A stretch of DNA of 63,967 bases, filler included, from Octopus bimaculoides (lineage: Eukaryota): assembly GCF_001194135.2 (NCBI RefSeq). It is 8 parts of 8 records of this genome, joined end to end, with 100 filler letters (N's around TTAATTAATTAA, not from the genome) between each part and the next. Parts side by side here need not be neighbours in the genome. Positions count along the whole stretch, not along the records: positions 23,371 to 32,489 come from NC_068985.1; positions 32,590 to 39,754 come from NC_068994.1; 6 more parts are not named here. One strand, 5' to 3'. Shown in pieces: positions 25,302 through 38,856 of this stretch. The first letter of the stretch is position 1. The number at the start of each line of letters is the position of its first letter. A program made the translations under genes and the position numbers. Below the pieces are notes generated by a model that was not told where the DNA came from, searched no databases, and saw only the letters and a list, made by a program, of their open reading frames with translations.

Positions 25302-25701
25302 TATACACACATACACACACACGTACGCACATACACACAGGCAGACACACATACATATACATACATACATACATACATACACACTGACATACACACACAA
25401 ATACGTGGATTCATAACTACATTTACACACACTAAGTTCGCGCATTCATGTGCGAGCATTAACAAAAATATATGCATATGTACATATATTGTTATTTAAC
25501 CAGAGGTCAATCTTGACCGTACTGACCTATGTTCAAAGACCTTCTGGCTTTGAATACTCTGGGGTTTTCTTTTTGTATATCAAGAATTGCATAATCGAAT
25601 GTCAATTCTTATTAAGGCAATACAATGCCATCTGAGTGAAACTTGGTTGCTGCTTCTAGCAACTTCAGATTTTTTTGGCCTGATGTACACATATGTGTGT
25701 G

Positions 25702-25789
<88 letters not shown>

Positions 25790-26331
25790 CATGTGTTTGT
25801 GAGCATATATCTGTGTACAAACATACATTACATACGTAAACATAAATATACGTAATATGCAGGAAAATAATGATGAAGTGTGCATGTCAATAGTTCAAAG
25901 TAATGTTGAAAGTTGAGCTGATATATATGTTCAAATAGAAACAGATGAGAAGATGTATTTGCACCAAAATGAATATGCTAGACGCTGACGTGAATTTTGA
26001 AAGTTTGGTCCTTATTCAGTCATAATCCAGCTTGCAGAAAGGAAGCATGATTGAAATTATATTTATGTAGAGAGAAATAAAAATTCATTTGTTATAATAA
26101 ATTTCTAATGAATGCCGTAGTTAAAAACGGTTAAATGATTTGTAAAATTGAAATGAAATTATTTTAAATATGGATGGAAGAGGAAAGGAGGCTGAAGGTT
26201 ACAAATGCTTTTAATTTTTATATATATATATTTTCTTTTGAAGCCTTGATATACAAAGAATTGATTGGGCTTCAGACAATGTATGTGTGAGTGTGTGTGT
26301 GTGTGTGTGTGTGTCTTTGCATGTACATTTG

Positions 26332-26378
<47 letters not shown>

Positions 26379-26781
26379 NNNNNNNNNNNNNNNNNNNNNN
26401 NNNNNNNNNNNNNNNNNNNNNNNNNNNNNNNNNNNNNNNNNNNNNNNNNNNNNNNNNNNNNNNNNNNNNNNNNNNNNNNNNNNNNNNNNNNNNNNNNNNN
26501 NNNNNNNNNNNNNNNNNNNNNNNNNNNNNNNNNNNNNNNNNNNNNNNNNNNNNNNNNNNNNNNNNNNNNNNNNNNNNNNNNNNNNNNNNNNNNNNNNNNN
26601 NNNNNNNNNNNNNNNNNNNNNNNNNNNNNNNNNNNNNNNNNNNNNNNNNNNNNNNNNNNNNNNNNNNNNNNNNNNNNNNNNNNNNNNNNNNNNNNNNNNN
26701 NNNNNNNNNNNNNNNNNNNNNNNNNNNNNNNNNNNNNNNNNNNNNNNNNNNNNNNNNNNNNNNNNNNNNNNNNNNNNNNNN

Positions 26782-26821
<40 letters not shown>

Positions 26822-26924
26822 TGCGTGTATGTGCGCCTGTGTTTATGAGCGTATGACTAATTAACATGCACATTTGTCAATGTCTTTAAAATTTCTAGGA
26901 AAGTCTTTAGAACAGAGAGTTCGA

Positions 26925-27027
26925 TTACTTCCAGCCGTGAGATTTTGGACCAAATCTAAAGCACAACTTCTTGGGATAAGATCCATCACATGGTATTTCC
27001 ATAAAATATCCTTCTTTTCTTGAATAT
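26925..27027 (-). CDS. ETS-domain gene, last coding exon ((R)YSRKEGYFMEIPCDGSYPKKLCFRFGPKSHGWK*)
   Basis: ttttctttctgcag| acceptor. The phase 2 junction completes CGA (Arg) of SRSLR. FG...GWK end resembles ELF3/ELF5/EHF. Confidence 0.9.
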
Positions 27028-28248
27028 CTGCAGAAAGAAAATAAGGTATTCAACATTATGAAAGTTAATTTTGTATCGAAAGAAAAATATATTTTAAACA
27101 ACAACAATAACAATTCTTTCTACTAAAGGCTCAAGGCCAGAAATTTTTGAAAAGGAATTTAGTCGATTACATCAACCCCAGTGCGCAACTGGTACTTATT
27201 TCATCGATGCCGAAAGAATGAAAAGCAAAGTCAATCTAGATGAAATTTGAAATCAGAGCGGAGTGATCCGGAAGAAATATCACAAGTTATTTTTCCGTTA
27301 CTCTAACGATTCTGACAATTACAACCTTATCATGGCTTCTGATTTAGGGACAAGGTCAACAGTTTTGTGCGAAAAGGGTTAATCTATGCCATCCACTTCA
27401 GAACTAAACTAGCACTTATATCGCAGAATGAAAGGTAAACTCAGCCCCAGAGGGATCTGAACTCAGAAGAGTTCAGAACAAACACAGCAGAAGAAGCACC
27501 GCAAGATATTTTGTGGGACACGCTAACAATTATGCAGATCTTGTGGTCATTTGTTTCTAATTTAGGTACAAGTCTAGCAGTTTTTATGAGGGTTCGTGTC
27601 AGTCAATGCCGTCGACTTTAGTGTCTGCCTGGTATCATATTTTATCGACCCCGAAAGAATGAAAGGCAAAGTTGATCTCGGCGTGATGTGAACACAGAGC
27701 ATAAAAGAACCAAAACAAATCGCAATAACATTTCTGTCAATCTGCCGCCCTTAATTTCTTTTTTTACTTACGTTTAAGACAAGGGGTGAGCTGGCGGAAT
27801 CATTATCACGCTGGAGGAAATGCTTAGCGGCAGTTCGTTCGGTTCTTTAAATTCCGAGGTCTAGTTTACGTCTCATCCTTCCGAGGTATAAGTAACAGTC
27901 AAGTATCGGGACTGATATATTCGACTATACCCGTCTCTTTAAAATTGTTGGACTTGTGCCGACATTTGATACCGATTTAGGCATAAGACAAGCTATTTTG
28001 AGGGGAAATGATTAGTCGCTACCATCCACCCTAGTAATTTTTTTGTGTGTGAAAAGTGAAAAGGTCATCCTCAATAAATTCTTTCATTTTGAATGATTTC
28101 CAAGTTAGGCAGAACACTGCACATTCTGAAGAATATAGTTGAGTTTCCCGGCATTAGAACGTTATTAAGACACCAAAGAATGAAAAAGAAAGTCGATCAT
28201 CGTGGGATTTGAATTTAGAAGATATTTCTAATTAAAATGATTTCTTAC

Positions 28249-28444
28249 CGTAGAGAACGGCTCATTTTTTCGTAATTCATTGCTAGCTTATTTTTCTTCT
28301 TTTGGCCCCAAAGCTTCGCAACTTCTGCAGATTTCAACACCCGAAAGATACCTTTGTCGCGATCTTCCCATCGGATTATATCTCTATAACACGGGGATTT
28401 GAGAAGGTCTCGGATAAATTCCCACAGGTGATAAACTTTGGAAA
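28249..28444 (-). CDS. ETS-domain gene, main ETS exon ([14 protein letters not shown]...IRWED...GIFR...VAKLWG.KK...[11 protein letters not shown])
   Basis: Canonical ETS signature, ttcttgaaacag| acceptor (phase 1) and CG|GTAAGA donor (phase 2). The HLWEFIRD start is typical of the ESE subfamily. Confidence 0.95.
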
Positions 28445-30269
28445 CTGTTTCAAGAAACAAAAGGAAAGAAAACAATGATGAAAGGTCATTTGATATATAA
28501 CATTAATTAATCTATTCAATAAATATTGATTAATCTGTTAGAGAGAACGATCTATTCATAATTGATGTGATACTTATTGATCTATTCAAATGGCTGCTGA
28601 AGTATTGGTAAAAAAACAATTGGAAACACAATTGACAGTTTAGCACAATTACAAACGGAAAATTATGCAAACTGTCTTTCTTATTTAGAGAAATTCTTAT
28701 TGCTTGGTTTTGGTGAGATTCTCAATTTGGTATCACTGTTAGCTACAGCATTTTGACTATTGCCTAACCCCTAAACCTAACCCAGATCAGGTCACCATTG
28801 AATATGGATACAGCAGCAGGCCACAAGCTGAAATAGCATCATTACTACACATATACGGAAGTGAGCGCCCTTGAAAATGTAACGCAACCCCTCAACATAT
28901 ATGGAGGTAAGTCCCACTCAACTTCAGGTCTTCGACTAACTATTCTTCATGTCTGTACACGTACCTACGGAAACAGTATTATGTCTACCGGCGAGTATTA
29001 CTGAGAATAATTAACACTTGGCTATAAACCAACTTCATCTACGCTATGTAGCGTTATATAAATCTTTGCATTACGTAACATTACGTAATATATTGATTTC
29101 ATATTTTGGCACAAGGCCAGCACTTTCGGGGAGGGGGTAAGTCGATTGCCTCGGCCTCAGTGTTCTGCTGGTACTTATTTTATCAACTCAGAAAGGATGA
29201 AAAGCAAAGTCGACCTCAGCGGAATTTGAACTTAGAACGGAAAGACGGACGAAATGCCGCCAAGAATTTTGCCCGGCGTGCTAACGACTTTGCCAGCTCG
29301 CTGCCTTAATATTGCGTAATATATTAAATGTTGCATTCATATCGTTAACTCACATCATTTTCCATTACAACAAATTTCCTTGTTTCGTTCAGCTGACCAG
29401 GATTTGACATTACTAACTGAATAAAATAAATATGTAAGTAATATCTTAAGTTTGCAGCATTCTGTCTTATTGAACAATTTATTATCATTGTAGAACTCAT
29501 CTTAGTCCAAAGATCTGTCCTCAATGGCTTGCAACAGAGTGGGCTCTTCTGCAGGATTTGAACCCAGAGTGAAGAGAGTCGGAACATATATACTGTAAAG
29601 GCTTCATACTATTCGACGTTCTACCGACTCTGCCAGTTCTTTGACAAAGTGTGATGAATTAAGCCCCTGGATTCAAACGTTTCTGCTGGGTCTCCGGTCT
29701 GAGAGTAATTTTATCTCGCTCGCCTTCCAGTCTCAAAGACATTGGAAAGATTAAGTCAAGTAACAGTAAGGTTGAATGACAAAGCTGGAATGCCTTTCAT
29801 AACAGGTCTACTGGATCATGGCTATTCTGAGGCTAAACAATATCAACAGGTTTCACGTGATCCTCATATCAAGTCTTTAAATCACACCTCTAGAAAATCA
29901 CGCAGCCTCTGAATAACTTTTTCTTGTTATTTTTCTTTATTTCCTATATTCATATCGATGCATTCCCACGTAATTTATTGGTTCTTATGGCTATGTGCAT
30001 ACATATGCGTGCTTTTGTGCATGCGTGTGTCTGTCTGTGTCTATGTATACATATGCGTATTTGTGTGTGTCCGTCAATGCGTATGCGTGTGTGTGTCTAT
30101 GTGTGTGCTGTATGTATGTACTTGTGCACGGTCATTTAAGAACGTTTATTCATGCTTTAACAACTGTATGATAATAATTTGGATTGACAAGTATCACTAT
30201 TTCAATAAAAATAGTTTTAATTTAATCCGTTAATCCTGCTTTTAATTGTTACTGACAACATAAACTTAC

Positions 30270-30410
30270 TCTGTCCCTTTTTCCTGCCTGGTTTCCTGCG
30301 ATAGTGTTTCGGTGGATCAAGACTATATTCGCTATTCTGTATAAGTTCGGGACTATAGTTGATGTCTTGAGACAGGGACATTTCCTCGGGTTTGGAAACA
30401 ATGAAATCTA
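30270..30410 (-). CDS. ETS-domain gene, upstream exon with basic AT-hook/NLS-like RRKPGRKKG
   Basis: Poly-T + tcttttcag| acceptor and A|GTAAGT donor. 141 nt, phase 1-1, in frame with the ETS exon. Confidence 0.85.
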
Positions 30411-30849
30411 CTGAAAAGAAAAAAAAAAAAAAAAAANNNNNNNNNNNNNNNNNNNNNNNNNNNNNNNNNNNNNNNNNNNNNNNNNNNNNNNNNNNNNNNN
30501 NNNNNNNNNNNNNNNNNNNNNNNNNNNNNNNNNNNNNNNNNNNNNNNNNNNNNNNNNNNNNNNNNNNNNNNNNNNNNNNNNNNNNNNNNNNNNNNNNNNN
30601 NNNNNNNNNNNNNNNNNNNNNNNNNNNNNNNNNNNNNNNNNNNNNNNNNNNNNNNNNNNNNNNNNNNNNNNNNNNNNNNNNNNNNNNNNNNNNNNNNNNN
30701 NNNNNNNNNNNNNNNNNNNNNNNNNNNNNNNNNNNNNNNNNNNNNNNNNNNNNNNNNNNNNNNNNNNNNNNNNNNNNNNNNNNNNNNNNNNNNNNNNNNN
30801 NNNNNNNNNNNNNNNNNNNNNNNNNNNNNNNNNNNNNNNNNNNNNNNNN

Positions 30850-30892
<43 letters not shown>

Positions 30893-31255
30893 ATATATGT
30901 ATGTATATAAATGTATATAGATAAATAGATACATTTACATATAAAGGTTGCATAACGGAAATGCGGTAACAAAAGTGTGAAAGAGTCCTAAACTGTTACC
31001 TCGCCGATTAAAATTTCCTGTTAACTAATGCTCCATATACCAGCTTAATAAAGACAATTTACTAAGTCCTTAATTATTTTCAAAATTAATTGAAACAAAA
31101 ACAGTATATCTTAACAGAAATCTGGTAACAAAGGGTTAAATGATATTCAGTTAAGATACGACTCTTTCAATGGAGATGCTAACGATTTCTTTTTGGAATG
31201 GGATGATACACCGCTTTTCATAAATAACAATAATGTTCATTGTAATCACACTTAC

Positions 31256-31357
31256 TTCCAGAGTTGATATTTGTATAACATTGAGCGTCGTTATAATAGT
31301 TGAAGTGTGATCGGTTGTTGTAGAAGGGACGGCCGCTGACATAATCATCCCAATATT
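31256..31357 (-). CDS. ETS-domain gene, upstream Tyr/Asn-rich exon (YWDDYVSGRPFYNNRSHFNYYNDAQCYTNINSG)
   Basis: taatttctccacag| acceptor and A|GTAAGT donor. 102 nt, phase 1-1, open in the required frame (not shown in the ORF track). Confidence 0.75.
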
Positions 31358-31425
31358 CTGTGGAGAAATTAAGGTTATTATTACAGTAAAAATTAAATTA
31401 TAACTTCACGAGGCAGAAGAAAATT

Positions 31426-31512
<87 letters not shown>

Positions 31513-33481
31513 ACCATATACGATTATCATACAGATATACATCCATATATAAACAAACATGTATACATAGAGGTAGAGTTCATGATGTAGACTAGAGAGG
31601 AAGAGAAAAGATGAAAAGGATCGTTGAGGGGGAAGAGAAGTTGTATAGAAAGAGTAATTAGAGAAATTGAGGCAAAGGGTATGGGAGAAGTAGATCATTG
31701 CAGTGAGGTAACGAGAAGTTGGAGGGTACCATATATATAGGGGAAGGGAAAGAGCAGAGTGGGAATGCTACAAAAATACCCCAGATGGGTTGGCAATGTA
31801 GAAAGGGTGGTGATAGAGAGGAGTAGGGGAAAGCAATGGGTGGATACAGCGAGGGTGATGAAAGACTAGCTAGAAGATAGGTAGTGAGATAAAGATAAGA
31901 AGAAGTGTTGTGTGACAATACAGGTAAGCTGAGAGAGTGTCTGGTTGGTGGTGCAACAGGACGAATATAACAAGCGAGTTGGAGGGAATATATGTGATGA
32001 AGAGACGGGTGCCATGGAGGAGGTGTGAGTGTTTCCTCGGTCTCCCTCTTCTCCCTCCACTACCTTGGAGTACTCGACAATTTTGTATGCATCGTATGTC
32101 TGTAAGAGTGCAGCCTTCTCTCTTGCATACTATATCTGATTCCTTTCACATTCACTTTTTCTCTTAACTCATTTATACTCTGACGTTCTTACACACTAAC
32201 ATTACACCTCCATTGGTACATACTTGCTTTATATCTTTTTGGTCTTTGTCAATCTACCTTCAATGACCAGGTCTCGTTACCCTAGGACAATGCAGCTCTG
32301 ATACAGGCTTCAAATAATCTACTCTTTAGTTTTAGGGAAAAGGCCTTTGGTGCTGGCAGTGATAGTGGTTGCTTTCAAACATTTCTGTCACACCATAGGA
32401 ATTTGGAAGGAGTAAAAAGCCACTGTGCCCAAAGGAGGTGAAAAATAGAGATTCAAAAGATAGGAGGATTGGATATATATATATATATANNNNNNNNNNN
32501 NNNNNNNNNNNNNNNNNNNNNNNNNNNNNNNNNTTAATTAATTAANNNNNNNNNNNNNNNNNNNNNNNNNNNNNNNNNNNNNNNNNNNNGAGCAAATCGA
32601 CTCCAGGACTTATTCTTTGTAAGCCTAGTACTTATTCTATCGGTCTGTTTTGCCGAACCGCTAAGTTACGGGGACGTAAACACACCAGCACTGGTTGTCA
32701 AGCGATGTTGGGGGGACAAACACAGACACACAAACACACATATATATACATATACATATATACGACGGGCTTCTTTCAGTTTCCGTCTACCAAATCCACT
32801 CACTTGCCCAAGGTGCCACGCAGTGGGACTGAACCCGGAACCATGTGGTTCGTAAGCAAGCTACTTACCACACAGCCACTCCTGCGCCTATATATATAAA
32901 GACGGACGAAATACCGCAAAGCATTTCGTCCGGCGTGCTAACGTTTCCGCCAGCTCGACGCCTTCGGGTCTATATCTATGTTAATTTAACATCGGCTTTT
33001 TTGGTTTCCATATGCACATTTATTCCCAACAATGCTGTGTTTGGTACTTTTGTCAATAGATAATTGTTCTTATTTGTTCGCTGACGCGCATTCTGTTTAT
33101 TACATACAATGATATCTAATAGAAATAATCTGGTTTGTATCTCGTGAGTAATCTTTTTTATTCTTATATAACAACCCGAAAAAATCTTATCTGATTATGT
33201 ACTTATTTGTTCTATTTAATATTAATATTAAGGTGGCGAGCTAGCAGAATCGTTAGTTCGCCGGTTAAAATGCTTAGCGACATTTCTTCCGACTTTATGT
33301 TCTGAGTTGAAATTCCGCTGAGGTCGATTTTGCTTTTCATCCTTTCGGGGTCGATAAAATAAGTACCAGCTGGACACTGGGATCCTTGTAATTGACTTAC
33401 CCCGCCCCTAAAATTGCTGGCCTTGGGCCAAAATTTGAAATCAATAGCGGTGATCTGGCAAACTCGTTACCGCACCGGGTA

Positions 33482-33708
33482 AAATGCTTAGCTTCATGCA
33501 TACAAGGCGCCAAGTTCTTTTGTTCAACCCTTCACAACCTTGAACCAAATTTCTTAATTTTTCGGTCAAACAAAGATCGTATCTTTCATTCGAAGCAACA
33601 GTTCTTGTATGGCTGTGCCTTATCTACAATCGACCAGGTTATTTGGAATTCGTGACGACTTCTTTCATGAAATAGCCATATAAATTTCGACAAAGCCGTA
33701 GCAGATTT
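33482..33708 (-). mobile_element. Penelope-like GIY-YIG C-terminal remnant
   Basis: KSATALSKFIW..ITWSIVDKAQPYK, then by frameshift YDLCLTEK..LNKRT and PCMHEAKHF. Confidence 0.75.
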
Positions 33709-34020
33709 TCTTTTTTTTTTTTATTTTTTGGTTTTTGGGGTNNNNNNNNNNNNNNNNNNNNNNNNNNNNNNNNNNNNNNNNNNNNNNNNNNNNNNNNNNN
33801 NNNNNNNNNNNNNNNNNNNNNNNNNNNNNNNNNNNNNNNNNNNNNNNNNNNNNNNNNNNNNNNNNNNNNNNNNNNNNNNNNNNNNNNNNNNNNNNNNNNN
33901 NNNNNNNNNNNNNNNNNNNNNNNNNNNNNNNNNNNNNNNNNNNNNNNNNNNNNNNNNNNNNNNNNNNNNNNNNNNNNNNNNNNNNNNNNNNNNNNNNNNN
34001 NNNNNNNNNCACACACGCGC

Positions 34021-34258
34021 GCGGCGGTGAGCTGGCAGAAACGTTAGCACGCCGGGCGAAATGCTTAGCGGTATTTCGTCGGCCGCTACGTTCTGAGTTC
34101 AAATTCCGCCGACGTCGACTTTGCCTTTCATCCTTTCGGAAGGGTCGATTAAATAAGTACCAGTTACGCACTGGGGTCGATATAATCGACTTAATCCGTT
34201 TGTCTGTCCTTGTTAGTTCCCTCTGTGTGTAACCCCTTGTGGGTAGTAAAGAAATAAC
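34021..34258 (+). mobile_element. tRNA-derived SINE family B with conserved central GTCGACTTTGCCTTTCATCCTTTCGG..GTCGAT..AAGTACCAG domain
   Basis: Near-full copy here. Many copies on both strands (e.g. 8790-9060, 12820-13490, 20160-20450, 27130-27960, 29100-29305, 33230-33440, 48620-48995). Confidence 0.8.
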
Positions 34259-34343
34259 ACACACACACCGTGGTAAAATTTCGTTTAAGCAGGAGACGAT
34301 TGAGTCCCTGGTACTGACAAAACTCAAGAAAAGCAAAACGCAC

Positions 34344-34418
34344 CTGTCGTTCGGGTGAGTCACTGCAGCAACGATGTTCCCCGTTGATCTCATACACATT
34401 GTTTTTAACACAACTCGT
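34344..34418 (-). CDS. Possible further upstream ETS-gene exon (TSCVKNNVYEINGEHRCCSDSPERQ)
   Basis: tttttttcacag| acceptor and CAG|GTGCGT donor, 75 nt. Open only in phase 0 or 2, so it needs another exon to join the phase-1 series. Confidence 0.3.
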
Positions 34419-35360
34419 CTGTGAAAAAAATTAACCTCAGACAATTCCACAACATCGTGCCTTCTTACGGTGTATATATATATATATATTTCTCTGATAT
34501 ACTGATGGCGATTATAATTTAATGCCGTTTCAGTTGCGTACACCAAGTGGATGTGTGTGCATGTGTGTGTGTATGCGTGTGTGTGTGTGTGTTGTGTGTG
34601 TATGTGTGTATGTGTGTGCGCGTGGATTATTGTAACATTTCAGTACCCTGAGTGATATGCTGTGTGAAATGTTTATGAAATGACAAAAGGTAGCTTTAAA
34701 ATGTCTCGGTGTAAACGCTTCATTCTAGACATCCCACATAAGATACACGCGCACGCACACACGCACACACAAACACACACACGCACGCATGTATGTATCT
34801 ATGTCTATATAAATAATGTATTTACGTATGTATGTACTAATGTATTTACGTATGTATGTACGTAAGAATATACATAAGTATCTCTAGAATTTTCTTTCAT
34901 TTTTCCCATTACTTGTTTCGGTCAATGAACTGCAGCTAGTTTGGGTCCCCGCCTTGAAGGATTTAACGCGATCAAATCGAACCAGTACATATTCATTACG
35001 AGGTCGGTCATCGGATCACACTTGTTGGTTTTGTGGCCCCTCACAGAGACAGGTCAGTTTTTTTAGTAAACTTGTTGACCAGGGTTGGAAATCACAGTTA
35101 TAAAGAAATATATGCAGTAAAATAGTTCAGCCCCATTCCAGACACGGTCTCTAACGAATTTTCGAGATGGATGAAATAAATACCAGCGGAACACTGCTAA
35201 GCGGCATTTCGTCCGTCTTTACGTTCTGCGTTCAAATTCCACCGTGGTCAGCTTAACCTTTCATCCTTTCGAGATCGATAAAATTACCATTGAGCAAAGG
35301 GATCGATGTAATCGATTATCCCCTACTCAAATTTCAGGCCTTGTGTCTGTAATAGAAATT

Positions 35361-35453
<93 letters not shown>

Positions 35454-35456
<3 letters not shown>

Positions 35457-35805
35457 TAGTTTTATTTTTATAGCATGCTTTCCACTTCACTACCGAACGC
35501 AGCTCTGTGTTCCTTGGGTATGTGCTGTGGTTTGCTGTGATGCTCTTATGGTTACTGTATTGAAAGTGTTTTGCGTAGGATGTGTGCAGTGCCCAGTAGT
35601 GCAATTTTCTGTATGTTATATATATTTGTAAGTCCTGGTGTTTTTGTTATGTACTTGTCTGAATATTTTTTTATCATACCTAATGCGCCTGCTATGATAG
35701 GAATTGTTTCTGTTTTTAGATTCCACATTCGATTTACCGCTATTTCCAGATCTTTGTATTTTGAAAGTTTCTCCATTTCTTTTAGGGAAACGTTGTCATC
35801 TGCTG

Positions 35806-35806
<1 letters not shown>
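35454..35806 (-). mobile_element. 5'-truncated R4/Dong-like LINE 3' end inserted in (TAA)n
   Basis: PADDNVSLKEMEKLSKYKDLEIAVNRMWNLKTETIPIIAGALG..IQKIALLGTAHILRKTL* plus 3' UTR. Long (ATT)n arrays on both sides. Confidence 0.85.
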
Positions 35807-35863
<57 letters not shown>

Positions 35864-37391
35864 CATTATTATTATTATTATTAGTGTTGTTGGTGAGAAA
35901 TTCTCAAACAGTTCTGATTCATCCAGCCTATGACACAGATGTAGTCTATGTTTGCGCAAAATATAAACGTGCATTCGCGATAAAATAGCCTCGTTTGAAA
36001 TCTGATCTGAAAGCGAGGTCTAGAGCGAGGTCAAACCGATTACCAACCCACAATCCAATTAATATAAATATAAAGGCATGAATTGTCCAGCTTTTTAGCT
36101 GTGACTGTGCCTCATCGTTTGATCAGTTGTTCTAATTCAACCCCAGACTAGTTCTGATGAAGTAAACCAACGTTCAAAGTGTAACTCAGTCATGACCATC
36201 GCGTTTAGTTTTTTTTTTTTTTGTAGTTATTATAATTTGAACTCAGAACGCAAAAGCTACAGGAAATGCCGCTAAGCATTTCGCCCGACATGCTAACGAT
36301 TCTGCTAGCTTGCCTCTAATAGTCTTTAGATGAATATCTCACATTGTGAGATTTAAAAATAGTAAGATCCCACTGGAGTCACACGAATCTCTGGTTTTAA
36401 TTTTAACTGGCACAGTTTATGTTTCTCTTCCTCGAATTGGAAGGGGTTACTTGCTCCTTAAGCGAACACACAAAACCGTACCAATATCGTATCAATCCAT
36501 ACCGCTTGTTCTTTGGAATTCATTCAATATCAACAATATCTTTCGTATCACAGAGGATAAAAACCCCCTTCGGTCATGAATGATCGTGGGATCGCACATA
36601 GAAAGTTATCCTCCAAAGCACAATTATGGGCAAAGGTCAATACAGCTTGGCACCTATTACGTCCCAACTCATTTCTACAGCTGAGGGAACACACAGCCTG
36701 TCCGGAAATCGAACTTACAATCTCATGATTGTGAGCCTGGTGCTCTAACCACTGAGTCGTGTGCCTTCTTCGTGTCAGGAAAGACACTGTTTAACCCACA
36801 AAGATATTAGTAAATCTGGCACGAATTTGTAATTTCTTTTCGGACCTGGGAGTCGAAACTGTTGTGCGTTTGCTCGTTTGTTGGAATCTATTTTCAGAGG
36901 TGGTGGGGTGGGGGAAAATAGCTCACATATGCATACATGTATACACCCACATATCTATATCTATATCTATATTTATATCTATCTATATACGCACAAATAC
37001 GGTTATATACATGTATATACACACAATACAAATCATGAGTCCCAATCTTTTAAATAAGTAACCTATTTTCCTGTTACACACACACACACACACAAAGACT
37101 CGCATATACATATGGATATATATATATGTGTGTGTGTGTGTGTGCATATATACAATTATACATACATATATATGTATATATATATATATGTATCTGAGTA
37201 TGTAAACATACATATATATATATGTGTATGTGTGTGTGTAAGCATATATATATATATGTATATGCACACATACATACACAGATACACACAAACATACAGT
37301 CACACAAACACACTCATACACACACACAGATACACACACACATACACTCACACCACAAACACACTCATAAGCTCACACTCACGCACATACA

Positions 37392-37449
<58 letters not shown>

Positions 37450-38518
37450 NNNNNNNNNNNNNNNNNNNNNNNNNNNNNNNNNNNNNNNNNNNNNNNNNNN
37501 NNNNNNNNNNNNNNNNNNNNNNNNNNNNNNNNNNNNNNNNNNNNNNNNNNNNNNNNNNNNNNNNNNNNNNNNNNNNNNNNNNNNNNNNNNNNNNNNNNNN
37601 NNNNNNNNNNNNNNNNNNNNNNNNNNNNNNNNNNNNNNNNNNNNNNNNNNNNNNNNNNNNNNNNNNNNNNNNNNNNNNNNNNNNNNNNNNNNNNNNNNNN
37701 NNNNNNNNNNNNNNNNNNNNNNNNNNNNNNNNNNNNNNNNNNNNNNNNNNNNNNNNNNNNNNNNNNNNNNNNNNNNNNNNNNNNNNNNNNNNNNNNNNNN
37801 NNNNNNNNNNNNNNNNNNNNNNNNNNNNNNNNNNNNNNNNNNNNNNNNNNNNNNNNNNNNNNNNNNNNNNNNNNNNNNNNNNNNNNNNNNNNNNNNNNNN
37901 NNNNNNNNNNNNNNNNNNNNNNNNNNNNNNNNNNNNNNNNNNNNNNNNNNNNNNNNNNNNNNNNNNNNNNNNNNNNNNNNNNNNNNNNNNNNNNNNNNNN
38001 NNNNNNNNNNNNNNNNNNNNNNNNNNNNNNNNNNNNNNNNNNNNNNNNNNNNNNNNNNNNNNNNNNNNNNNNNNNNNNNNNNNNNNNNNNNNNNNNNNNN
38101 NNNNNNNNNNNNNNNNNNNNNNNNNNNNNNNNNNNNNNNNNNNNNNNNNNNNNNNNNNNNNNNNNNNNNNNNNNNNNNNNNNNNNNNNNNNNNNNNNNNN
38201 NNNNNNNNNNNNNNNNNNNNNNNNNNNNNNNNNNNNNNNNNNNNNNNNNNNNNNNNNNNNNNNNNNNNNNNNNNNNNNNNNNNNNNNNNNNNNNNNNNNN
38301 NNNNNNNNNNNNNNNNNNNNNNNNNNNNNNNNNNNNNNNNNNNNNNNNNNNNNNNNNNNNNNNNNNNNNNNNNNNNNNNNNNNNNNNNNNNNNNNNNNNN
38401 NNNNNNNNNNNNNNNNNNNNNNNNNNNNNNNNNNNNNNNATATATATATATATGTATAAGTATGTATACATATATATATATATATATGTATGTATATAAA
38501 TGTATATATATATATGTG

Positions 38519-38552
<34 letters not shown>

Positions 38553-38556
38553 TGTA

Positions 38557-38856
38557 CAGGGGTTGGACAAAAGTAATGGAAGCACCTTAAAATTTCAAAC
38601 AAATTAATTTTAATATGGGGTAGGACCGCCTTAGGTAGTAATTATAGCTTGAATTCTACGAGGTATGGACTCGTACAAAGTTTGAATAGTTTCCAAAAGA
38701 ATTTTTGTCCATTCTTCAGCTAAAACAGCCTCCAGTTCTTGTAGTGATGATGGTGGAGGATATCGACTCCTTGTTTGTTTTTCCAAAATGCACCATAAAT
38801 GTTCACTAATATTGAGACCTGGGGACTGTGGTGGCCAGATAAGACGTTCAACTTTT
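38557..38856 (-). mobile_element. Tc1-type transposon 3' end with one TIR
   Basis: TA|CAGGGGTTGGACAAAAGTAATGGAAGCACC terminus and translation WPPQSPGLNISEHLW..LQEL..EEW..LYESIPRRIQA. Confidence 0.85.
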
